A DNA stretch of 64,000 nucleotides, taken from contig NC_088860.1 in the NCBI RefSeq assembly GCF_963853765.1, positions 12,958,001-13,022,000 on the forward strand, in the 5' to 3' direction. The notes under the pieces are model-generated. The model worked only from the letters and a program-made list of their open reading frames with translations, did not search any database and had not been told where the DNA came from. This document shows positions 1 to 13,553 of the stretch, piece after piece. Source of the DNA: Magallana gigas (lineage: Eukaryota). Position 1 is the first letter of the stretch. Each line of letters begins with the position of its first letter. The translations under genes were made by a program, and so were the position numbers.

Positions 1-2
1 AG

Positions 3-3000
3 CCCGATTATGAAGTCCCTGAAGATGTTCCTAAACCACCACCTTCCCGTCCCCCCATGACGCTTCCTGTCCCTGTTGAGGATGACCAGGCATGTTTAAT
101 AGGTTATGATAATAATAGATCCGATACCATCGCCATTCGTACTAATCATTTCTTTGTGAATTTACTCGGAATGTTTTTAAAAGTACTTAAATGTGGGTTT
201 CATGTGTTCCTTCAATGATCCCCAAAATTTAGATTATGTAGCAAATGCGGTATTACATGTTTCATGCACCACGTTCCAACTCTTTGGAATATTCTATTTG
301 CTTAGTATAACAGTTATATTAATTATATATTCAATAGCCTACTTACGAGGATCCTGATGAAACTGATCACGCACCTGCACCTCCCCCATCCAGGGGTGGA
401 AGGAGACCAGCCCCAAAACCCGCGGAACCCATACCATCGCCACAATCAGACTGGCCAGAGGTAAACAAAAAATAAATCATACCTCTTAACATCAACCTGT
501 AGACTTGTGAAAAGTTTTGTGTTTTACTGATAATACACTTTATAACTTTTTAATTCTCCCAACAGTTTTGTGTCACTTTCTACAATTAGAGTTATCTACC
601 TTTTGATGAACGATAAATGAAATATAAAAGACAAATTTTTGTTTGTTTAGATAGGGTCCTCAAATGGAATTGGTATATATTTAAGTGCTAAAAGTTAAGA
701 ATATATGATTTATCTTTCTTATCAGAGATTCATGAACTATTTAGGAGAAAGACAAATATTTATGGCACCTATAATTTTATACTATTAAAAGTTGATTTAA
801 GATAGTAACAACGTTTGGTACAGATTTAGAAATATTTTAAAGCACCTATAATCAATTTTAAATAGGATTTCTATGAAGATCCAGATCAGAACACCACTCC
901 AGCCCCATTACCCGAAAGACCAAAGGTAATATTTGTAATGCATTTTATTATCAAATATTTGAAAAAATATTAAATCTAGAAAAATTGCATATTCGAAATT
1001 TCAATTACAATGATCGCTGAAGCTTAATGGTAAAATACGACGATGTCTTATAATTTTTATTTTGAGTAAGAGTATAGGAACGAATAAATAAAAACAAATA
1101 AAAACATTGGAACATTTTATTGTTTCAGAAAACAAAACCACCGATGCCGAAACAGAAAGATTCTCCACTCAGTAGAACAATATCGGAGCCCGACCAACCT
1201 GCCCCGCCCCCTCCCCGTCACGGCCACGAAAGAATTCATAAACGGGCACCTATCCCCGAACCGATCAATACCCAGGACAGCGATGATTCAAGTTCGGTAA
1301 AAAAATTATCTACACTTTTTCAAGCTTTCAGTTCATTTTCATTTTTATTTTGCTTTTTATCTTATTAAAAAACGGCGTGTTTTGTAGTGAAAATATCCAT
1401 AAAAGTGTATAATTTTATATTGATTTTTTTTCATTCATACATTACAGAGTTCAGTACTCAGGCTTTTATCGTTTACTGGCCTTACTAGATTGTAGCTTAT
1501 TACGCTTGAATATGTACATAAAAACACCAAACACTTTACTAAAATGCTTAATTGCTAATAAACAGTTACAAAATGCAATTATCTTTTTACAAAACATATT
1601 CGATTTCAAGAATATAAACGTTAAACAATTCATGCGATAATATTGAGACTTTTATGATTATAGAACTATTTTAATGATGTTACTTTGAAAAAGACTTCTT
1701 AATGATGGTTTTGTTTATCGAAGAAGTATGTAGGGTCTCATCACCCGTTAATTAAACATGAATATATGATCAAAACCTTGGGTATTTCAATGTAGAACAT
1801 GGGAACTGTGAAGAAGGTAAATTTCATTTAATTATACAGTGTCCAAAACAGCATTATTATGTGAAATTTGATTGCCCATGTGGAACTTACACATGCCTTA
1901 ATTGATAAACAAATCAATAGACAAATAAATTCATTTGTTACTGCATTGTCTCGCTTTCAGACTTCATTGCTTTGTTTTGGTTGAAGAAATTTAAATTCAG
2001 CGGTGTATTCCATAATTTGATTGCAGTGATTTTATTTGCCAAAAGTCTTGATTTAAAAAAAACATCCTTGGAGTGCAGCACGTAGATTATTTAGTTAGAT
2101 TTATATAATTGACAGTGTGTTTTAAACGGCACTCCATGGCAACCCAATTCTTGAATAATTTACTGTCGAAAAAACATCGTGCAAAAAAAAAGACGAAACA
2201 CTCTTGGTCCTAAACGAAACATGATGCTGATTTGGAAAAAAACCCAGCCTGCATTGCATGATGAAAAAGTGTAATAACAATGTACATGAAAGATTATATG
2301 TGTATGTAGGAAAACAATGTTATTGAATAATATGGTATGTGGGTTTGAATTTTAAAAAAAACCACGTACTCAAGTTATATTGTAAAGGCGCTTGATTGCA
2401 ATTTGTGAAGTCCGTTTTGGAAGAGGGCTCTTGGTGCTTAAAATTATGTTATTTATAATATGTTGCAATGTGAAGTTCCCATCAAATAGAAAATGAATTA
2501 TGTTATATATATAAAAAAAAACATATGCATGAAAACATTACTGAATTTAAATTAGTTTGATTGCAATAAAACATAAACTTGCTTCTATATGTTTATTTCG
2601 CGACATGTGATCATATATATACACCAAAATGATTAATTTTTAACACGTGTTAAAATGGAATGGCGTATCCTATAAATAAAAAGTTACAGATGCAAAAATT
2701 TGCTTCTTGTGATATTGGATACTGTGTTATACTGAACAAAGGAATGCAGCTTTCTTTGTTTGTGTTTGTTACAAAGTCATCATAATGCCTTATAGAGCCA
2801 ATATTTTAAGAAATGCGTACATTGTATATATTCATCCGATTTTAGTAATAGAAATTCAGGGTCATTATTTTTTAGATGTAAAACTGTTGAATTTTTTAAT
2901 AGAAGGACAATGTGACATAATGATATGATAAAAATTACTTAAAATAATAAACAATTTGCTTTGAATATTGGGATTTATAGTAAAACGTAATGTAATTTTA

Positions 3001-6000
3001 CAGCAAAGTGCATGGTAAATGCAACGCTTACAAGCATGTTAACTGTAGATTGTCTGGTAAAATCATGCAATATTGACAACGAATAGTTTAAAAGCAGCAA
3101 TGAAAATTGAAATATTTTATATTTTGTATAATTTCAACAATTGTAGTTCTAATTCATCAATAAATTAAATATTTTTGTATTTTATATTTTTAAAATTAAA
3201 GAAATTTCGTAAATAGGAAATTACTCAGTTAACAATTGGTTTAATTCGGTGATTTCTTTTTGTTGACAATTTAAATTTGATATATCGTGTGTAAGACATT
3301 GAGATATATTAATATTTTCATATTCTTTCATAATTTGTTCATTATCATGCTATATCGTTTGTTTATTAGTCCCATATATGTAATATTTCAAGAAAAAAAA
3401 GCATCAAGGCAATTACTTTCATATCTTTTCTTGAAACCCCTGCCTTTGCTATGTTTAATTATCAGTCATTTTGGACAGAGTGACTATGAAAAGCCAGATA
3501 ATCGAGGAACTTCCACTGCCAAAAAACCTCTGCCGAAGGCACCAGAAAATGGTAAATTTTATGTCATTCTTATTTTATGTTTGGTTGAACGACCACCATT
3601 TCCTACTAGATCATGTACACTTGCTGTATATTTATTGTTCAAATAATTCCATTTAATTTGACATCTTTTGTGGTAAAAATATAATTATTGTAATTGTTTG
3701 CTACGATAATAATTGTATAGTATGTTAAACTGTATTCCATGCTTGTTTTACAGTTGCTTATTTTGTTTTATACTTTGATTCCTTTTGAAAACACTTAATT
3801 TTTATTTTAAATTGTGCATGTTATTATGGGATTGAGGTGCTTGGATTAGTTCACATATACAGACAATCATTGAGCTTATCTAAAAATAAACAGTTGTGAT
3901 AAACTTACCGTTTTAGGTCACCTGAGTTACTCAGGACCCACTGCAATTGGTCTTTGTCCGTCGTCCTGCTTTGTTCATAGTGCGTCGGTTGTCGTGCTTT
4001 AACAATTTTTCATTTTTTACTTTTTCTTGAAAACTATGAGGCCAGTTGTTACCAGTTTTGGTCAAGTATCTCTATGGTAATCATACTCTATATTTCGAAA
4101 ATCATGGCTTACTATCCATGGAGCCTCATGGGCAGGGCTAATATGCAAAAAGGCAACAATTTAAAAAAAATTTACTTCTCTACTCTCACACGTTAGAAAA
4201 AACTAAAGGCATGGTTATGATACCCATGAATTGTGAAATTCATAACCCCTGAGTCAGGAGTTCAGAACCTAGGGTGGGGCCAATGTGACCATATAGTAAA
4301 ATGTATTAAATCTTTGATAATCTTCTCCCCTACTCCCATTTATATTTGAGAACAACTAAATTCATGTTTATGATGTCCATGAAGCATTAGATTGGGAAAT
4401 GCATGACCCCTGGGACAGGGGCTCGGGCCCTAGAGTGGGACCATTATAGCTGTTTAGTAAAATTTATTAAATTTTAGAAAATCTACTTCTTTACTCCTAT
4501 AAATATTTGTGAAAAACTAATGCATGGTTTTGATGTCCACAATTTCCTCTACCGAATTATAAAATTCGGCCCCTGGGTCAGGTTTCCAGACTTAATGGGG
4601 GGGGGGGGGAAATATGGCCATATAGTGAAAATGTATTAAATCGTGGAAAATCTTTTTGTCTACTCCCATATATATTTGAGAAATATTTAAAACTAATTGC
4701 ATGGTTCTAATGTCCACGAAGTCCTCTACCAAAATTGTGAAATTCAGGGGTTCAGGCCCTAGGGTGGGCCAATATCGCCACATAGTGAAAATGTTTTGAT
4801 TTAATTATATTTTTTTCTGACTGTATCAGTTGTGGGAGATAATGTCATGCATTGGTATAATGTTCATAATGTCCTGAGGGGAAAATTTAAAATTTGCCAT
4901 GGGGCAGAAGTTGAGGCTTTTTATGGGGGTTGGGGGTAATAAATATAGCCAAATATTGAACATTTGAACACGTATCTTACTTAGGGTAATGGCTGTTTTT
5001 AATTTCCTCTTGAAAACTACATGATAAATTGTCACTTGGCAATACTGTATCAATTATATTTTTTGTTTTAAAACATCTACTTTAATATCCTGTGTATTGT
5101 GTACTGCAAAAATTTTGGGCTTTTTTGTGTGCATTATAGATGGAACTGTAAAATTTATAAAAGATTGGCAGTTAAAGCCCTGCATGTCTCTTATTTCCAA
5201 AAGTTAAGAATTTTTTGCTCCTGGAGATAAGGTATAGGTAATCTAAGATTCCTTTTACTCTATAACACCCCCCACCCCTCAACTCATTGGAACTCAAATG
5301 ACCGTCATGGCCTTTAGTCCTCTTGTTTTTAATAAAGATCACTGCATGTTTGTCACTGGTTTACGATTGATATTTATTCATTTTTTGTATTAATTTATTT
5401 ATTTGTATTTTGTATTATGTGCCGCTTCACAAAGCAGTATTGATTCGCATATTCACTTAATTTACCTTTATTTTCTGTTATGCATGGATTTTCCTCTCCT
5501 AGCTTAAGTAAAACTGTGTTTTTATGCTTTTAGTTATACCAAAGAATGGTCATTGATTTATTTTTGTTTTCTATTTTACTTACCATCCTCTTATTTTCCC
5601 ATAGACTATATGGCCATGGCTAATAAGGTATGTTAAAATCATTGAAATATCTGATTAAAATCTGTTTGAAAAATTATGTTGATATTAAATAATGTCATAG
5701 AGTTCCCAGGATCATCTATTATTCAATCAATAAAATTGGCGTTCATCCAAAATATAATTTTTACAAACAGACTGAAGCACATTGCTTCCTTTTAAAAGTG
5801 TTTAAGGATCCTGAGTTCTTGTATGAAAAATTTGTTTTCAATTCGTGTAAAATAAGTCATAGTTTCGGAAATGTTATGTACAGGGCATATGACCTAGCTT
5901 TATTTAAAAAAAAAACATGTATGACCAGCAAGTTTAAATACAATTTTTTCTCAAATTTTGCATCTTGATATCCTATTGATTTACTTTTATCTTCTTTGTT

Positions 6001-8907
6001 TCATGTAAACGATATTTAGTATTCGACAATAAATACTAGGTTTTGGACCGCTTTTCTCGTGAAAAAAAAATGATATACATCAATACGAAATCTTGATTGG
6101 GTTGGAATAATAACTAATATGATAGATCAAAATCATTGAACGTTTCAGGTATTTTGTTGATTTAAAGTTAAAGAATTCTAGGAAATAAATAGCTTCATGG
6201 CGGTCATGCTGCATTGCAAAATTAAACGTTTTAAATTGGTGCAATAAAATGCAAAACTATTTTGAATATTGTATTTTACACCATCCCAATAAATTCATGA
6301 TTTACAATATCATGTTTTTAAAACTAATGTCAAGCTCTATTGATTATTGAAAATTCTATAATAAAATTTGAATTGAAGTATTTTTGTTTCCAAAAGTTTT
6401 TTTGTTGCAAATATACAACCAATAAGCAAAATTAAACGAAAGTGTACATTTTAACTTAATTTTTCAAGGCCGTAAAATGTGATGATGAAGATGAGGAGGA
6501 CTATGAACGTCCTGACCCAGGTAAGATACATGTTTCATTTCTAAAGTAATTGGTATTTCTAATGAATGGCCATTACGTTTCTTACATTTATTTTTAGCAT
6601 TTATTGAATATTACTATATGACATTTCTTAAATATGACATAAGATTATGCAAAATATAAAAATACAAAGTCAGTTTAATTCAATTTGAAACTTTTTTTAT
6701 GCGTCCTACTGCAATGTTAGCAATGCATATTATACAATATAAATTGTAACCAATTAAAAGGCGTTTTACAACCAGAAATAAAAATGTTGATCTCGATAGA
6801 AGTTGATTTATTTTATAGATACCTGCATTATTGGTTTATTTTATTTTTCAGCTGACTTACCACAACCGCTTCCCCCGGTACCACGAGGTATATTCAAACC
6901 TGGAAAGCTGACTTGATATTTAGAAACCAATTAGTACATCAATACTGCTTATATGAAGGGCACTTCACCTAGTATAATACTAATCCTGGGTGTTTTTTTT
7001 TGTCTTCAAGTTCTTTAGAAAAATTTAACAATGTTGTGGGTTTTTTCTCTATATCAATAATATTTCCCGATTCCTGTCTTTGATCCTAAGTTTTGTGGAG
7101 GTTACGTTTAAAGCTGTCGGGTAGCTTAAAGTCTCTATTGTTTTACACTCCTAATACATGTAGTCGAAGGTAATTTTATGAGTAGTTAATTTGTAATATG
7201 ATTAGATAAAACATTGTCAAATAGTGTCTTTAAAATCTTATGTTAATTAATTTATGTTGCAGAATCCAGAGCTGTACCGAAACCAAAAGGGCGTGCAGCG
7301 TTACCTTCTCCCAGCACAGGTAGGTAAATTTGATTTACTTTAGGTCATGGGCAATATAAGAATGCATCATTGTCATCATCATCTTGGTTAAAATCATCAA
7401 ACATCTTCATTGTATGCAAACACATGAACCTGTTGAAATGACAACTTTTCTCTAGCTTTTGATGTGTTTTTAAACAAATATACTTTTATTATATGATATC
7501 TTAATAATCTCGGTTTCATAACCTATGCACATCTTCTGAACTCAAGTTAACTATACTTCATTTCAATCAAGTTTAGAAATAAAGTTATACATATATGTTC
7601 TTGGGTTTTTTTTTCTTGCATTCAATACTACATGTATCTGTTGCTCTTGATAAGCAAAGCGGGCAGGTTTTCTTGTCTTTGCATGTCTGACTGTTATTCA
7701 GAATGCTTGCATACTTGTAGAATCTGGCAAAAAACTTCCAGCAGGAGCTGTACCAATCATTGGCTTGCAGCCTGAAGTCAAGGGTGTGTTATTGTACTTA
7801 GTATACACGAAGCGGCTTTGACATGTGTAATGGCATATGCATGGCCATAAATGATAGAATGTGTGCATCTTTTGGAGCTTTAAATTGAAGTTTGCACATT
7901 TATATTTATCGTTTATTTCAACATTGACATCAGGAAAAAAGACAATATACGCCGAGATTAAAAAAAAATTTATGAATTAAAAAACAACAATTTACACCGA
8001 GAGAAGCGCTTTATATAAATAATCAACTATTTTTTTTATTATAGAATCACCAAAAATGAAGCATTCGTCAAGAGGTACATTTTTTTTTTACATAAAAACA
8101 AGAAAAAAATAGTTTACATAAATGATAAATTTACTTAGGGGGGTAAATAGCATCATGATAATAGCATTTGATATCTTTGCAATGCCATAGATGTGTTTTG
8201 GTCAAATTACATAAACACACGCCCTCTAAAATATAAAATAATGTTATCTCTGTTGTTGATGTTTTGGTTATGGTCTGACTTTTAGAATGTTGTTTATTTA
8301 TAGACGTGACCCCACCGCCAGTTCCATCATCCAGGACCCCCCACAGGGGATCCCAAGGTAAACACTCAGTGATCCAATCAAAATTGTAGATATATATATT
8401 TCAATGCTTATTTGTGACATTTTTATCTGTGCTACTGCCTGGAGATGTAATTGTTTCCTAAACTGATGATTTTACCAAACTTCTAATTAAGAATCAAGTA
8501 TCAAGAATTTATCTTAAGATTATGTTTTTATCATGATTGATTCCTGTTTTAATTGCTATCAGATGAAAATATACCACCCTCAATACCTCCATCTAAACCA
8601 CCAGGCAGAACTGCTCAAAGTAAGATTTCCAGATCTATGATAGTACAAAGTCTGCTGGTCACAAATGCTTATAAAGTAAAGAATTCAATACTGTTGTATT
8701 TATACTCGTGCTCTTCATAATATATCGATGACAATTATAGCAAATGTTTTGTATCTTTAATTTCATATTTTTTATCTTAAAACAATATACAGAGCCTTGC
8801 AGTTTGTTAACATCTAAATTAAAGTAGCCTTTTTAATATTCAATTACACTCACTATAACTTATGTGTTCACATCATATATGCATCTCGCTTGTACTTGAA
8901 GTGTGTG

Positions 8908-8982
<75 letters not shown>

Positions 8983-11900
8983 CAATAAAACTTCTAAGTG
9001 TTCACTCAGTATAATGTATTTCATATATGAAATACGCACATTTATTTGTCTTGCCGTCAGAGTTACTGATTTCCACTTAAGTTTCAATTTGTTAAGAATG
9101 ATGCATTGACCTTGACATCAGGTTGCGAGAGATGTTGACCTTTGCTAAATATCACTAACACTTACCATTTGGTTGAATTTCGTTCAGAGCTTTTGGATTG
9201 TTTTAAGTTGCCGATGAAAATGAAATTACGCTTGGGAAGTAGAAAAACTTTATAAAAATAACGTTTCCTTCGGATTGCTTCATACTTAAAACAATGGTGA
9301 GATCAAAACAAACAGCAGATTATAAGTGAATACGATCAGTTGTGGAGACAATGCATACACCAATGTTCCAATGGCTAAGACTGTATTTGCAGTGATCATT
9401 TTGGCCATGTTTAGTGGCTTTATTTTTAATCAAAGACTAAAATCAATCGCAAAATAATGACAATCAAATTAAGCATGCGCGGAAAAATAACAATTCTATG
9501 TTTTGATGTTTCGTCACGGGTAATAATTTTTATAGGTGTTGTTTTATTATTTCATCTGTGCTATTGATTAGAAGACATATTAGTTTTGAAATGTTGAAAA
9601 TTTCACATCGTTTTATTTCGTAATTTCAAAATCATATATCTATTAGGGTGAACACTTAGAAGTTTTGTTGAGTGTATATGGTATGACTATTTAAACACAT
9701 TTTACGTAGCTTGATGCACATTGTAAATAAAGCATGTTGTATAACTATTTATCTAGATATGTTGCATTGTCCTTATTACACATATCTTTGCATACATTCT
9801 ATTGTTTTCTCGTGTATAACCTTTTAACTGATCACAGTCTAGGATAAAGACACCTGTGTATTTGCATGCTTTATCCACAGCTAAAGATGCCCGGTCTTTA
9901 CCCCCTACCCCCAACCAACACAGAGGTGTAAACGGAGTCCCCAATAGTTTTAACAAACCCCAAGGAAGAGGTAAGGACATTAAAGGTTCGGTTTTAGAGG
10001 CCTTGATATCGGATTGGCGAATTTAATACTTGAATTTTTAGGTTAGAGTATAATCGTTTAAACTAAGTTTGTTTGGTAGTTAACTTTAATAATAATGATT
10101 ATAGAATAAAGAAGAAAGACAATGGATTAATTTAGTTAGTGATATGATTAGAATTCAATCACGCCTAATTTTTTACTGATATTCTTGAAAACTATTTTAA
10201 AAACGAATCTACGACTCTGTATCGTATAGCAAAATTCCTGTTATAAGTGTTCAAAACTCATGAAAGCACTTACAGAAAGAAATTTGGTGGGTTTATTTTA
10301 AGTTTTAGGTAATTTTTATATTGAGCAGTTTATATTTATTGATGAATGCTTTAACATTAACCAATTTTTTAAACAGAAGTCAACGGCCTTTTTAACATCT
10401 TTTTCACTTTCTCACTTTCAACCAATGAAATTGAAATAAAATAATTAACCAATATTCTCGTTTTCAAAAGCATATTCCTTACTGATACTAGTATATAACA
10501 ACACAGTTGTTTTCTTTTCGTAATCCAGAATATATATAACTGGTTGAATTGCTTGAAATTTACACTAGTTGTATTTTTGAATGCCTAAAATCGTCCTTTG
10601 ATATTACAATGTATTTTAAATGCTGAATGTATGACATTAACTTTCCAGAATGTGACTTGTAGAAAATTTCATAAATCTTCTAAGTTAGTGAAATATTGCA
10701 CGATTTATGTTGTATATATATACAAAACGTCATTACATTTCCTCAAAAAAAGATTTGTTTAGACGAGTTCAAGTTGTTTACGAACTCTTGTAATTTTGTT
10801 TACATAGGCTCTGTGATCGACCGACCACCCCCGCCCGTTCCCGGCACTGATGTAAGTAAAAAATGTCTCCGCTTCTTGAAAATGATATTAAACGTGTTAA
10901 GGGAGTTGTGTCCTATAACTGCATGTTTATCTGGTTCTCTTGTTCCAGGAGTTTGACATTTCTCAGCAATACTGGTACCAGAGTGTGAACAGAACCGAAG
11001 CCGACGAGGCTCTGAAGGGTTTTGGAAAGGTTTGTTCACCTCGTTCAATCAAATTAAAAAATATTTATAATTCATGTGTAAATTGATATGATAATGTGTA
11101 TTTTATTCATAAAAAATTGAGCAAATTTATATTATAATGTACTAGAAAAATAAATAACAAAATTTATTTCATTCTGTCATGCATGTCATTTTTTTACCAA
11201 TACACTTGTTATAATATTACAGATTATAATATAATATGGCATTTATCTTGCATTTAGAATGGGACGTTTTTAATACGACCCAGTACAAAGGCCGCTCAGC
11301 CGTACACCCTTCAAATCTACAACAATGGTAAAGTCTATAACCTTCCTATACGACAGAGGGACGACTCCACGTACGCCCTGGGCAAGGAGAAGAAGGGGGA
11401 ACAGGTGAGAACAAGGTGTAGGGAAAGGGATGGGCGCTCAGGTTCTGTTGTCACATGTGGGTGTATTCGTTTGCTACCTACAGAACTAGTCCAGGATATC
11501 CCAAGCGTCTACCTGCTATTTGGAACGTAGACAATGGAGATCTACCGGAGATCTCCATACTGCAAACGAGCAAATTAAGATTACTCCTGCAGCTCTTCGA
11601 CCAAACAAATATACCCACAGGGTATCACGTTCACCCCTGCGAATGTTATAATTGTCATTCAAATTTTAGATCACGTGGTTTTATTTGACCCTTTCAGTTT
11701 CGCAGTAAAAATCGTACCTCGTGTATATAGTCTATTTCACAGTATCTAGGTTCTTGTAGTCAAATATAAAATCTAGAGGTTTATTGATTGTAAACTTTAT
11801 CTTCATTAATTGGTGAATGAAATGTGTTCCAGAAATAAATGCGACTATACAAAAATTAGTTTTTGTCTGCTGTTGAAACAACTAACATGCTTAAAAGAGA

Positions 11901-13553
11901 TCCCTCTTGAGGATTAATTTTCGATCCGCGCCTGACCTAGTAATAACATCAATAGTGAAACAGACTATACCATATCATGCAGAATGTTCCTTGAAAATGG
12001 CTCGATATACTAAGTTTTAAAACAAAACAGACACCCATTATTTTTTTTAAAAAACATAGTATTGCACACCACAAGCATCAAACATGGCTATGATTTTATT
12101 AAGCAACCCAATGTTTATTGTTTCAACCACTCTACACGTGGTTGAACACGAACGATAACTCTATTCTGAATATTATCGTTTTATATAAATAACTGCTAGA
12201 TGGTGAAATAAGACATACGTCTTGAAAGCTTTTCCCGTTTTAACATGAATCAAAATAGGATATGATATGAAAAACGACCAGTACTTACGTATTTTGAGAA
12301 TATTATCCGAACACTTATACTTCCGCTCGAAATTTCACAGGAACTGAACAAATCTCGGTGAAGTCTCGTGAACTTTCATTCGAGTACCTCTTGATTTATT
12401 ACGTTCTAAGCAACGATAAAGAAAACTTTCCGAACACATTCGCAGGGGTGAAGTTAATATCATATTACATGTATGATGTTTAAGTATTTTAGAAAACCGA
12501 CAGGTAGTAACATTGGCTCACTCAAAAATGTTATTGCGATATCCAGTTATAGCTGATAAAGGTTGTCATATATTCACAACAATTTTGAGCGTAACTTCAA
12601 CATGAAGTTGTTTTAAATTCAACGTTTGGCCTTGAATTTTAATCAAAGGAAAATTAAGTGTGTGCAAGCTTGAAATATGAAAATCACTACATGTATATTA
12701 TATAGATAAGTACATAACAAAAAAAGACTTCATTTTATTTTTATAAAACAACAGAAATCTTTTAAAAATCAAGAATTTTTAATTCAGAAATCTGTATATT
12801 AGCCCCGGGCGCGACGTTGAACAGCCGGGTCCATTACAAAAGAACGCCACAATCTTTTGTATTTGTGGAGATCGTGATATCGTAAGATTGACTATTTATC
12901 CAAAAACATATTGTATTTGCAATGCATAAAAAGTTGACTTACAGTAGCAGTCATGTGTCTTAACCATAATGAAATAACGAAATTCGTAGAATATGATATG
13001 ATGTAATAAGTTGTATGATAATGTATACAATTACTAGTATCTATGAAGAACTCGAAAGCTTGCAAAGTAAATTTATTTATTTTCCTATGCGCGAACATGA
13101 AGTTTAGATATGAGTAACAAAGTAAGTAAGATTGCACTTTATACACAAAACATCGAATAAAATCCAAAACTCGCAATATCGATCTACAAATGTAAGTCAA
13201 ATCAGGGATTGGAACTCTGTCGTCTCATTCCATTGCACGGTATTCAAATTATGCTTTACCTAGTATATTACCTTATATAAACGTTTAGTCATGTTCTTGA
13301 CTTTGTAATAAGTTGTGTAGGTCTAATGATCCGGATTTTTAATCTATGAAAATGTAAAGAAATCTTACTTGTAAAATATAAACACATTATCTCTATAATA
13401 AATGAATAACTTGAATTAAAATTGATCTTTTTTTTATTTTAGACCTTTGAGACGGTAAACGATTTAGTGGAGTTTTTCCGGAAACATACATTAATTCTAG
13501 CGGCCGGGGACTCTGGACAGACTAGATTAAAGCATAACTGTCCGAGAATCTAG
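3..13553 (+). CDS. SLP-76/BLNK-family SH2 adaptor (B-cell linker/LCP2-like), 5' part outside window, 18 exons seen
   Basis: Frame-consistent exon chain: 3-89, 338-460, 866-925, 1129-1296, 3479-3551, 5605-5627, 6469-6520, 6852-6887, 7263-7319, 7721-7783, 8045-8074, 8304-8357, 8563-8619, 9881-9970, 10808-10851, 10949-11029, 11258-11404, 13443-13553 (TAG). All introns GT-AG except the first (GC-AG). The 451 aa seen are Pro-rich with DYEVP, TYEDP, FYEDP, DYEKP, DYERP and DYMAM motifs, then a C-terminal SH2. Family assignment is from recalled SH2 motifs. Confidence 0.85.
3911..5327 (+). mobile_element. Non-autonomous Helentron-type (HINE-like) element with internal ~165-bp satellite array, in an adaptor intron
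   Basis: 5' end TTTTAGGTCACCTGAG. Near the 3' end is an inverted sub-terminal copy CTCAAATGACC followed by an imperfect hairpin and TCTTGTT (5292-5327). About 4 degenerate units recur at ~4291, 4452, 4620 and 4780. Resembles oyster HINE elements with Cg170-like arrays (recalled, not searched). Confidence 0.75.
8915..8978. repeat. (TA)n microsatellite
   Basis: About 32 uninterrupted TA units. Confidence 0.95.
10949..13553 (+). CDS. C-terminal SH2 domain of the adaptor (three exons)
   Basis: EFDISQQYWYQSVNRTEADEALKGFGK / NGTFLIRPSTKAAQPYTLQIYNNGKVYNLPIRQRDDSTYALGKEKKGEQ / TFETVNDLVEFFRKHTLILAAGDSGQTRLKHNCPRI*. The WY, GTFLIR (FLVR Arg intact), PY-L, KVYN-IR and YALG pattern is typical of SLP-76/BLNK SH2. 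Confidence 0.88.

Noticed and set aside
1796-1816. Possible 21-nt symmetric micro-exon NMGTVKK (AG|...AAG|GTAAAT)
   Set aside because: It is not needed for frame and has a weak pyrimidine tract, so it cannot be supported without transcripts.
4240-4800. Regularly spaced repeats considered as a CRISPR-like array
   Set aside because: The whole ~165-bp unit repeats with no unique spacers; it is a satellite in a eukaryotic transposon.
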